NCBI RefSeq assembly: GCF_004010195.1
Contig: NC_057756.1
Coordinates: 9,334,585-9,370,980, forward strand
From: Chiloscyllium plagiosum
Lineage: Eukaryota
DNA length: 36,396 nucleotides
Direction: 5' to 3'
Position 1 is the first letter of the stretch, and the number at the start of each line of letters is the position of its first letter. The position numbers and the translations under genes are program-made. Shown piece by piece: positions 23,796 to 34,283 of this stretch. The notes beneath the pieces were generated by a model. It worked only from the letters and a program-made list of their open reading frames with translations, searched no databases and was not told the origin of the DNA.

Positions 23796-24263
23796 ATAAA
23801 TTCCGGTCTCCAAGAGCAAGTCAGAGCCTGGGAATCCCGCATTGCACAACTCACCTCCTGACTCCCCAGTGCCTGTCCACCACTCCCTCCCCCACCGACG
23901 CTCAGTAACAGCAGTGTGTACCATCCCCTCCCTCCCCCACCGACGCTCAGTAACAGCNNNNNNNNNNNNNNNNNNNNNNNNNNNNNNNNNNNNNNNNNNN
24001 NNNNNNNNNNNNNNNNNNNNNNNNNNNNNNNNNNNNNNNNNNNNNNNNNNNNNNNNNNNNNNNNNNNNNNNNNNNNNNNNNNNNNNNNNNNNNNNNNNNN
24101 NNNNNNNNNNNNNNNNNNNNNNNNNNNNNNNNNNNNNNNNNNNNNNNNNNNNNNNNNNNNNNNNNNNNNNNNNNNNNNNNNNNNNNNNNNNNNNNNNNNN
24201 NNNNNNNNNNNNNNNNNNNNNNNNNNNNNNNNNNNNNNNNNNNNNNNNNNNNNNNNNNNNNNN

Positions 24264-24488
24264 NCCTCTCCGCCCCCACCCCAGTCTGACCTATCACCCT
24301 CACCTTGACCTCTTTCCACCTATCACATTTCCGACGCCCCTCCCCCAAGTCCCTCCTCCCTACCTTTTATCTTAGCCTGCTGGACACACTTTCCTCATTC
24401 CTGAAGAAGGGCTTGTGCCCGAAATGTCGATTCTCCTGCTCCTTGGATGCTGCCTGACCTGCTGCGCTTTTCCAGTATCACATTTTTC
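24264..24488 (+). mobile_element. PLE family A 3' end with hammerhead motif at 24397-24432
   Basis: attc-CTGAAGA-a-gggc(ttgt)gccc-GAAA-t-GTC-gatt. Confidence 0.82.
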
Positions 24489-24589
24489 AGATACATAGAC
24501 AGGACAGAGTCAGATAGACAGACAGATAGACAGACTGACAGACACTCAGACAGATAGAGAAATATAGAACTCAAACAGCTGATTTCTCA

Positions 24590-25345
24590 TTCATTCAAAG
24601 ACTATCAGCGTCACTGGCTGGGCCCGGCATTTATTACCTGTCTCTAGTTGTCCCTTGAGAAGGTGATGGTTCACCCACAATGCCCTGAGGGAGGGAATTC
24701 CAGGAGTTTTCCCATCCAGGCAAGTGGGGAGTATTCCATCACACTCCTAACTTATGCCTTGAGGATGGATACAAGCTCCATCAACACTCGGGAAGCTTGA
24801 CACCATCCAGGACAAAGCAGCCGCTTGATTGGCACCACATCCACAAACATCCCCTCCCTCCCCCACCGATGCTCAGTAGCAGCAGTGTATACTGTCTACA
24901 AGATGCACTGCAGAAACTCACCAAAGATCCTCAGACAGCACCTTCCAAACCCACGGCCACTTCCATCTAGAAGGACAGGGGCAGCAGACACATGGGAACA
25001 CCACCCACTGCAAGCTCCCCTCCAAGCTCCTCACCATCCTGACTTGAAGATATATTCCTGATGAAGAGCTTTTGCCCGAAACGTCGATTTTACTGCTCCT
25101 CGGATGCTGCCTGAACTGCTGTGCTTTTCCAGTGCCACTCTAATCTAGACTCTTGGGAATATATCCCCGTTCCTTCACTGTCACTGGGTCAGAATCCTGG
25201 AATTCCCTCCCTCAGGGACATTGTGGGTCTACCCACAGCACATGGACTGCAGCGGCTCAAGAAGGCAGCTCACCCCCACCTTCTCAAGGGGGGCGCAACT
25301 CGGGACCTGGGGGCAATAAACGACGCCCATGCCCCATAAGTTAAT
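24590..25345. mobile_element. CR1/L2-group LINE 3' end (short inverted piece, then plus copy) containing a PLE mini-insertion at about 25054-25152
   Basis: LDTIQDKAA-like coding remnant. The insert is flanked by cttgaagatatat / cttgggaatatat. Confidence 0.75.
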
Positions 25346-25741
25346 TCTTAAAGAATTAGCATGTCTACTAGCCTTGCCTGAGATGGTGTGTTGGACCAGC
25401 CTGCAAATCTTGTTCCCAAACCTCCCTGAATAACAGCGAGGTTCATCAGCTATAAACATTGCAGGAGAGTGATATTAGATATTCTTAGCAAACACTCAAT
25501 GCCATATGGTGAGTAACAGATCGTTACAGCAAAGGATTAGCCTGTACACAGCAGGGACTTATAAATGACTCACTGTTGAAAACATACTGTCTTATCAACA
25601 GAACAGTGTATTTTCATGCATTCTCCTCTCCCTGTTGGAAGGGTAGCACCTCATTTTGCAGGAGATCTTTTGTACAATGGTCACGTTCCCTTCCAATCAC
25701 TCTCCTGATCAAGGAGATCAACTTGGCACTGATGCAGAGGA

Positions 25742-25962
25742 TCAGTGCTGAGGGAGCGCCGCACTGTCGGAGGGTCAGTGCTGAGGGAGTGCCTCACTGT
25801 TGGAGGGTCAGTGCTGAGGGAATGCCGCACTGTCGGAGGGTCAGTGCTGAGGGAGTGTGGCACTGTCGGAGGGTCCGTGCTGAGGGAGTGCCTCACTGTC
25901 GGAGGGTCCGTGCTGAGGGAGTGCCGCACTGTCGGAGGGTCAGTGCTGAGGGAGTGGGCACT
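25742..25962. repeat. 33-bp minisatellite (reverse orientation) within an old SINE
   Basis: About 6.5 copies of cagtgctgagggagtgccgcactgtcggagggt. Confidence 0.95.
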
Positions 25963-26227
25963 GTATTGTTGAGAAATGCAGGCATTAATTTAGAGCACTG
26001 GTTGATAGCGGATAGAAGATCATTGTCAATGATGAGTCCCTGGGCAATGTTTTGTAGATCCTGCGTTGTCACTTCCTATGGCGCAGTGGTGAATCCATCC
26101 TCAGTATTTGGTGGGCTTTTCAGAACGATTGGGGATAAGAGAATAGTTTCCAATTAATGTGATTTGTAAAAGTGAGTGAAAAGTATTTGGATTTATTGCA
26201 ACCTTTGTTGCAATAATATTTGGAAGG

Positions 26228-26918
26228 TGTTATGACATGGGATAAACCCCTCCCTGTTAATTTTAAACCAACACCACAGAAAAGATTTATCCCATGCAGT
26301 AATCTGTGAAAATTCGAGAGGCCCTAGAACAAGTCAAAGTAAAAAGAAACAATTTTATTTCGTAAAGTATAACAGACAATAATTAACTAACTATTTACAA
26401 CTCCTTCCTCTAACCTATCTTTTATTTTCTATAATACTAATCCAATAAAACCCCCGATTAAGATTTACCAAAAGTCAAATTTCGGATCCAGCCAGCTGTC
26501 GAATCTTCCCTCTGTAGATTTGCTCTCTAGGTTGGTGTCGATGTTTTTTCTCTGTGTAAACTCCTTCTCTAGACTGGTCCCTCTCAGAGATTTCTCACTA
26601 GCAGCCTACATTTGTTGGTCTTTTAGCAGTTCTCCCCGAACTGTTCAATTTTTCCTGGTCTTATATCCCTAAAACATTGGATTGTGCCATTGGCTTTTAA
26701 TATTGTCAACATACTAAATTAAAATTTGATTGGAGTTTGGAGTATAATTTAAATTGATTGGCCTAGTTCAAGTTTGGTTTTGTCTCCAGGCAACCAGCTA
26801 CACTGGCTGCTGGACCAAAAGGGTACATTATATCATGTTCAGAACACTTGGTGCTGTCAGGTAGTTCGGCTAGTTTTTAACTCTCTTTAAGGTACAGTAC
26901 ACCCACATCTTCATAACA
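26228..26918 (-). mobile_element. Solo LTR (probably Gypsy-type), 691 bp
   Basis: TG...CA ends with 8-bp inverted termini tgttatga/tcataaca. Flanks aagg/aaag (3 of 4 match). Minus-strand order CCAAT boxes, then TATA-like (about 26660), then AATAAA (about 26354). Confidence 0.72.
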
Positions 26919-28494
26919 AAAGTCAGAGGAAAAGAACATGACAGTTTCTCTCCTGTATGTGACATTACTCCTCTCCCCTTTACACCATTACATCTTGCTG
27001 TTTGGTTCATTGTTGGGACATTAGTGACATGTGCAAGATCCAGGATTTATTGCCCCATCCCTAACTGCCCCTGGCATGGGGGAGGAGGACTGCAGAGCTA
27101 CTATTTTAGAACACACAGTCCATCTGCTCCTGAATCCTCATCTGTGCTTGGGTTACCCTCCACATTTCCCAATTCTAATGCCCCACATGACCAGCTTCAT
27201 ATTGTGTAAACTTGATGTCATCCATATCCCTGTGGCTTGGATTCACACTCACTCCTGTCCACTCCCACCCACTGATCTCCATTGGATCTCTGCATGACGA
27301 CCGCTCAACTACAGAATTCTAATCCTTGTTTTGCAAATACTCTCACCATCATCCCCCTCCCTATCTGTGTCACCTCCTCCAGCCCCTACACCCCCTCCCT
27401 ATCTCTATAACCCCCTCCAGCCCCTACACCACCTGCCTATCTTTCTGTGCTGTGTGTGTGTGTGTCTCTCTCTGTCTGGATCCCCATGTCTCCAAACACA
27501 CAGCAATGCTGGTGGCTCTTAGCTGCCCTCTGGGCAATAAATGGGACGCCCTCATCCCGTAAACAAATGAAGGAAAATAAAAATCAAGTCCGCAGTGGGT
27601 TGGCATGTGAATTCCCACTCCATCACCCCCAACCGATCACCCTCTGTGAACAATTGACCCTCCTCTATTCCTGGGGTTGTGTGCCCAGGACCGGGACAAA
27701 TCCGAGAATGTGATGCCTGGAGTCGTGTTCCATTAAGAGTGTTTCCGTGATCATAGGTTGTAATAACCAGATACCACGTGGTCACTCTCGTACACCAAGG
27801 ACTGAGGGAATAGTTTTTGGCCAGGAATCTGGACTGTGGGATGCCCTCAATCTTACACCCCGACTCTCACACTTCCTCCATTACCCCCCCCCCCCCAAAC
27901 TGTGCGATGTCTGGGCAAGCTGAGAGGAGTCCATTCTCCCCCTCCGAATTCCTCTTGGGATATCCTGGAATTCTTGCGCATGCCGACCTCCGTTGTGTGC
28001 CAGGGCAAAGTGCCAATAGTCTAGAACTGCCAAAATATGGGCCCCTGGCATTAAACACCGCAGCAGAGACAGGGACAATCAGAGACCCTGGAAAACCTGA
28101 CTGGAAGGGGCTGGCACAGTGATGGGATGCCCACTTACCCCCCTCTCAGGAAACCTGCCCAGCCTCGTCCAAGGTTACCACCCAAGTCAGTTCCACCCGG
28201 GGGGAGTGCCCAGGCAGTGACCGCTGGCTCAGTCGGGTAGGTGACTTGCTACGAGGAATCTCGGAGGTTGGCATGAGTCAGACGCTATTCATGAGTGCAT
28301 GCCAGGCTGTGGGGTGTGCCCTAAGATGTAGGCGCCTGAATCTGCTTAGGTTCTGTTCCACTCCAGGTTACTCCAGACCTCTAACTGGGTCAGCTGGGAA
28401 TCTGCATATTAATGAGGTGAGTCCTAGCATTAATTAGGTGTCTCATGAATAATGTTTACCTGGCACCACGATAGTTTGAGGGTGTCAGTGGTTA

Positions 28495-28966
28495 GAACAG
28501 CATTTATTACCCATCCCTAATTGCCCAGAGGGCAGTTATGGATTGACCTCTATTTCTGTGGTAAAAGTGAGGACTGCAGATGCTGGAGATCAGAGTCTAG
28601 ACTAGAGTGGTGCTGGAAAAGAACAGCAGGTCAGGCAGCATCCGAGGAGCAGGAAAATTGACGTTTCAGGCAAAAGCCCTTCATCAGGAATGAGGCATTC
28701 ATTCCCCTATTTCTGTGGGTCTGGAGTCACGTGTAGGCCCAGACCAGGTAAGGATGGCAGTGTCCTTCCCTAAAGGGCATTAGTGACCCAGATGGACTTT
28801 TCCTCACAATGGATTCACGGTCGTCATTCAACTCGGAATTCCAGATTTTCATTGGATTCAAATTTCCACCATCTGCCATGGCAGGATTCAAACTCGGGTC
28901 CCCAGAACATGACCTGGGGTCTCTCGATTAACGGTCCAGCGATAATGCCCGAGGTCATCACCTCCC
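28495..28966 (-). mobile_element. tRNA-derived SINE containing a PLE mini-insertion
   Basis: Same family as 3395-5887. B-box-like gagtttgaatcc on the minus strand at about 28884-28895. Confidence 0.78.
28562..28706 (-). mobile_element. 145-bp PLE family A terminus with hammerhead motif
   Basis: Exact 12-bp TSD ctatttctgtgg at 28550-28561 and 28707-28718. Minus strand reads attc-CTGATGA-a-gggc(tttt)gcct-GAAA-c-GTC-aatt. Confidence 0.88.
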
Positions 28967-29818
28967 CTTGAGTGGGGTTGGATACCTCAGACAATTGAGT
29001 CATGGAGTCGTTGCCCATCGCGTCCATGCCAGTCGCCCAAGCACCTATGGACTCCAGTCACATTGCACGCCTCACGCGGTCATCTGACCACTCCCTGAGT
29101 GTTGTTCTTGCCTTGCCCAGCTTTCCAGGTGGTAAAACTTCTACTTAAATCCCCTCTAAACCTCCCACCCCTTTCATTAAATCCAAGCCTCTTGACATTG
29201 ACCCTTCAATTATACCCTATCATTGCCCTCGATCAGGTTTTGGGTGGATCTCCCATCCTCTCCCTCTGTAATATCCTTGCGAAGGAGGGCTGAGTCCAGA
29301 TGCTTGTCCAGTGCAGTGATTCTAGTTGATTTGGAAGCTCCTTCCGCAATGCCCCACAAGAGGGCAGTCATGAGAGGACATCCCAATCTCCTGCTCCCCT
29401 CCCCCACCACGGCAGCTTCCCGTTGCTAAGGCAACATCTAGTTCCGCCCAGTGGAGACTATCATGGAACAGCGCAGACCCTCTTGAGGTGGGTGGGTGGT
29501 GGACAGAGCTGCTGTTCGGACCCAATGTCTGGTCTACAGGGGTCACCCCAACCTCAAATGAGAGACGTTGACCTCCCGGGATTGAGGGGAGGGGGAAGTG
29601 GGCACACAGTCTGTGCCAGACTTCCAGAGAGGAGATTCTTGGGTGGCTCAAGTGTCCTATGATCCTTCCAGGATCACCACGCACCCACCCACCCTGTCAT
29701 TCCTAGACGGATGTTCGAAATCGATCAAAGGAGACCATAAGATATAGGAGCAGAAATTAAGCCATTCAGCCCATCGAGTCTACTCCACCATTCAATCATG
29801 GTTGATAGGTTTCTCAAC

Positions 29819-30950
29819 TAACACCTTCCACCCCGACCTCAAATTCACCTGGACAGTCTCGGACTCCTCCCTCCCCTTCCTAGACCTTTCTGTTTCTATC
29901 TCAGGCGACCGAACCAACACGGACATCTACTACAAACCAACCGACTCCCACAGCTACCTGGACTACACCTCCTCCCATCCTGCCCCCTGTAAAAACGCCA
30001 TCCCATTCTCCCAATTCCTTCGTCTCCGCCGCATCTGCTCCCAGGAGGACCAGTTCAAAATACGTAGTGATGGCTAGCATGAGAGGACATAGCTTTAAAT
30101 TGAGCGGTGATAGATATAGGACAGATGTCAGAGGGGTAGTTTCTTTACTCAGAGAGTAGTAATGGCGTGAAACTCCCTGCCTGCAACTGTAGTAGACTCA
30201 CCGACTTTAATGTCTTTTTAAATGGCCATTGGATAAACATATGGATGATAATGCAACAATGCAGGTTAGTTCAGCTTCAGGCTGGTTTCACAGGTCAGCA
30301 CAACATTGAGGGTCAGAGAGCCTGGACTGTGCTGTAATGTTCTGTGTTCTTTGAAAGCAAGATAATATTTCGAGTCTGGCGATTCTTCATCAGAACTGTT
30401 AACAGCTCAGGAAAGGTGGTAATATATTGAAGTGACGTTTGTGGGAAGGGGTTGGTCTTGCACAAGGTGACTTACTTGCCGATTTACTTCCTCCAACCTC
30501 AGTATCCAAGGCCTCAGGCACACCTTCCAGGTGAAGCAGCAGCTTACCTGCACTTCTCTCAACTCATTTATTTCATTCACTGCTCAGAATGTGGTCTCCT
30601 GTATATCGGGGGAGATGAAACACAGATTTGATGACCGCTTTGCTGAACACCTACACTCTGTCTGTAAAACATGACCCAGAGTTTCCCACTGCCTCCACTT
30701 CAACACACCACTGTGTTCCTACACCAACATTTCTGTCCCAGATCTGTTGCAGTGTTCCTTAACGCAAGTTCAAAGAACAACACTTCATTTTCCATCTTCT
30801 CCTGCTGAACACTCTCTGCTCATTCCTGAAGAAGGGCCTGTGCCCGAAACGTCGAATCTCCTGTTCCCTGGATGCTGCCTGACCTGCTGTGCTGTTCCAG
30901 CAATAAAGTTTCAACTTTGTGATCCAGCATCTGCAGACCTCACTTTCTCC
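29819..30950 (+). mobile_element. Chimeric PLE insertion: RT fragment, CR1 3' end, older PLE fragment, family A terminus
   Basis: 29819-30062 encodes FHPDLKFTWTVSDSSLPFLDL...YYKPTDSHSYLDYTSSHP..CKNAIPFSQFLRLRRICS. 8-bp TSD at 29811-29818 and 30951-30958. Confidence 0.82.
30822..30857 (+). ncRNA. Best-preserved minimal hammerhead ribozyme motif (PLE family A)
   Basis: attc-CTGAAGA-a-gggc(ctgt)gccc-GAAA-c-GTC-gaat: perfect 4-bp stem I and stem II and all core residues. Predicted cleavage after 30853. Confidence 0.75.
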
Positions 30951-32004
30951 TTCTCAACCCCATTCTCTCACTTTCTCCCCATAACCCTTAATACTCTTAA
31001 CAATCCAGAACCTATCTATCTCTGCCTTAAATATCCTCAATGAAGGGGCCTACACAGCCTTCTGTGGCAGTGAATTCCACAGATTCCCCACTCTCTGGCT
31101 GAGGAAGTCTCTCCTTATCTCCATTCTGAAAGGTCTTCCTTTCACTCTAAGGCTGTGCCCTTGGGTCCCAGTCTCTCCTGCCAATGCAAACATCTTCCCA
31201 ATGTCCACTCTGTCCAGGCCGTTCAGTATTCTGTATGGTTTAATTACTTCATCCCTCATCCTTCTAAACTCCATCGAGTATAGACCCAGAGTCCTCAAAC
31301 ATTCCTCATATGTAAGCTTGGACCATTCTCGTGAACCTCCTCTGAACACGTTCCATCCTTCCTGAGATATGGGGCCCAAAACTGTGCACAATACTCCAAA
31401 TATGGCCTGACCAGAGCCTTATAGAGCCTCAGAGGTACAGCCCAGCTTTTATATTCAACTCCTCTCGAAATAAATATCATCATTGCATTTGCCTTCCTAA
31501 CTACTGCCTCAACCTGCATTACCTCGACAGAATCCTGGCCTAGAACTCCCAAGTCTCTTTGCACTTCAGACTTATGAATTTTCTCCTCATTTAGAAAGTA
31601 GTCCATGCCTCTATTCTTCCTAGCAAAGTGCATGACTTTCCAATATTGTATTCCATCTGCCATTTCTATGCCCACTGTCCTAAACCTATCCAAAACCTCC
31701 AGCCTCACCAATGCTACCTGTCCCTCTACCTCTCTTTGTATCGTCTGTAAACCTAGCTAGAATGCCCTCAGTTCCTTCATCTAGATCGTTGATGTATCAA
31801 CTCAAAAGTTGTGGTCCCAACACTGAGCCTTGCGGAACACCACCTGTCACTGGCTGCCATCTTGAGAAGGACCCTTTGGCAGTGCTTGTCTACGTCATCA
31901 ATACCAACAAACTGAGATGACTGAACTTCAGCCAACTATTGGCAGGTTTGGAGCCCAGGGTTTGAGGTGGTTTGTTCTGCACTGAGATTTACAACAAACC
32001 TGGA

Positions 32005-33380
32005 GTCATAGAGTCATAGAGATGTATAGCACAGAAACAGACCCTTCGGTCCAACCCGTCCATGCCGAACAGATATCTCAACCCAATCTAGTCCCACCTG
32101 CCATCACCTGACCCATATCCCTCCAAACCCTTCTTATTCATATACCCATCCACATGCCTTTTAAATGTTGCAATTGTACCAGCCTCCACCANNNNNNNNN
32201 NNNNNNNNNNNNNNNNNNNNNNNNNNNNNNNNNNNNNNNNNNNNNNNNNNNNNNNNNNNNNNNNNNNNNNNNNNNNNNNNNNNNNNNNNNNCAATGTCCT
32301 GTACAGCCGCAACATGACCTCCCAACTCCTGTACTCAATACTCTGACCAATAAAGGAAAGCATACCAAACGCCTTCTTCACTATCCTACACCCAGACTAA
32401 TATGTGCAGTTTTGGTCTCCAAATTTGAGGAAGGACATTCTAACTATTGAGGGAATGCAGCGTACGTTCTCATGGTCAATTCCCGGAATGGCAGGAATGT
32501 TGAAAGATTGGAGCAACTGGGCTTGTATACTCTTGAGTTTAGAAGGCTGAGAGGGGATCTGATTGAGATGTATAAGATTATTAAAGCATTGGACACTCTG
32601 GAGGCAGGAAGCATGTTTCTGCTGATGGGTAAGTCCAGAACCAGAGGACACAGTTTAAAAATAACGTGTAGGCCACTTAGAACAGAGTTGAGGAGAAACG
32701 TCTTCACCCAGAGAGTGGTGGGTGTGTGGAATGCTCTGCCCCAGAAGGATGTGGAGGCCCAGTCTCTGGATACTTTTAAGAAAGAGATGGATAGAGCTCT
32801 TAGAGATAGTGGAATCAAGGGTTATGGGGATAAGGTAGGAACAGGATACTGATTGCAGATGATCAGCCGTGATCATAATGAATGGTGGTGCTGGCTCAAA
32901 GGGCCGAATGGCCTACTCCTGCACCTATTGTCTATTGTCAAACCCAAGGTAGAAAACCTGACCCTGGACCACTTCAGAGGAGAATGGGACAGGGTGACCT
33001 GGCATTCAATCTCAAATAGGGGCGACCTTATCTTGGTTTATAAAATCATGGGGGGGCATGGACAGGGTAAATAGACGAGGTATTTTCCCTGGGGTGGGGG
33101 ATTCCAGAACTAGAGATGCATAGGTTTAGGAGATGGGAAAGATATAAAAGGGATCTGAGGAGAAACCTTTTTCACACAGAGGGTGGTACGTGTATGGAAT
33201 GAGCTGCCAGAGGAAGTGGTGGAGGCTGGTACAATTGCAACATTTAAAAGACATCTGGATGGGTATATGAATAGGAAGGGTTTGGAGGGATATGGGCCGG
33301 GTGATGGCAGGTGGGACTAGATTAGGTTAGGATATATGGTCAGCATGGACGGGTTGGACCGAATGGTCTTTTTTTTGTGT
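32005..33380. mobile_element. Cluster of three CR1 3' ends (32005-32388 minus, 32389-32938 plus, 33017-33380 plus)
   Basis: Encodes LEFRRLRGDLIEMYK...FTQRVVGVWNALP, with CR1 3' UTRs. Confidence 0.9.
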
Positions 33381-34110
33381 GGTAGGACTCTAAGAGGTTG
33401 GTTTTAAGGTATGTCTTAAGAGAGAGGGGTTGGGGGAGAGGGGTGGAAGCGGTAGGGGTCAGAGGGGTTGTTGCCTGGAGAGACTTAAGGAAGAGTATTC
33501 CAGCTAACCGGCAGCTGGAGGCAATGGTGGAGTGGGGAAGGCTAAGGGGGAGATTGAGAGGGGCTGTTTCGAATCACTTTGGGGTTGGGCGGGGTGTTTT
33601 GATACAGTCAGTGAGGGAGAGACTGTTCCCAGAAGGTGGAAAGGTCAGTCACCTGAGGGACACAGATTGGAGAGAGTTGGGAAAAGACCAAGAGGAATGA
33701 GGGAGGGTAGGGGAGAAGAATGTGTTACTTGACGCAGTGAATTCAACAGGAATGTGCAAACAGATGGGAATTGGAGAGATACTGGATGGTGTTGGCAGTG
33801 ATTTGATTTATTGATCAATCGATTTATTGTCACGTGTACCAAAGTACAGTGAGAAGCTGTGTTTGCGAGCAGCTCAGACAGATCATAGTGACCAGGGTCA
33901 GACAGATCATAGTGACCAGGCTCAGACAGATCAAAGAGATTTTAGACAGAGGCGCACGGGTTACAAGACATGCACTAGGCAGGAGTGGGAAGGTGCAGGG
34001 TTAGGGAAGATTGGAGCTAACTGTAATGGGACAGGCTGGGCAGGCCGAATGGCCTTCTGCAGCGCGGTTCCGAGGCCGTATTCAATCAGCTGTCTCTTCC
34101 TCTTGCCCAG

Positions 34111-34283
34111 ACCCACCGAGGTGACGTGGAGCCGTCTGAACGACTCTCTGCCCAGGCGAACGGAGCAACATGGTAACCGAATGGTCCTGCCAGCCCTCAG
34201 CTCCCTCGATAACGGCACCTACCTCTGCCAGGCCGAGAATGAGTTCGGCAGCTCCACCGACCAGTATGTGCTGGTGGTACACG
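34111..34283 (+). CDS. CADM4: Internal exon encoding the C-terminal part of the third Ig domain of a CADM/nectin-like protein, most similar to CADM4
   Basis: Acceptor tctcttcctcttgcccag, donor cg|gtgagt. 173 nt, phase 2-1. PTEVTWSRLNDSLPRRTEQHGNRMVLPALSSLDNGTYLCQAENEFGSSTDQYVLVVH resembles human CADM4 as recalled (NESLPERAE...LPGL...DNGTYTCEASN...YVLVVY). The paralogue assignment is less certain than the family. Confidence 0.8.

Larger units (their letters stand above)
29732..31876 (-). mobile_element. CR1 LINE split by a chimeric insertion (pieces 29732-29818 and 30951-31876)
   Basis: The 3' UTR rejoins at TSD ttctcaac. Encodes LYKALVRPYLEYCAQFWAP and [15 protein letters not shown]. Confidence 0.88.

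Noticed and set aside
27760..29720. Possible decayed Harbinger/MITE-type DNA transposon remnants
   Set aside because: Only a vague resemblance. No TIR pair, TSD or convincing transposase motif.
33827..34110. N-terminal part of the 154-aa ORF
   Set aside because: Intronic repeat remnants upstream of the splice acceptor. Only 34111-34283 is supported.
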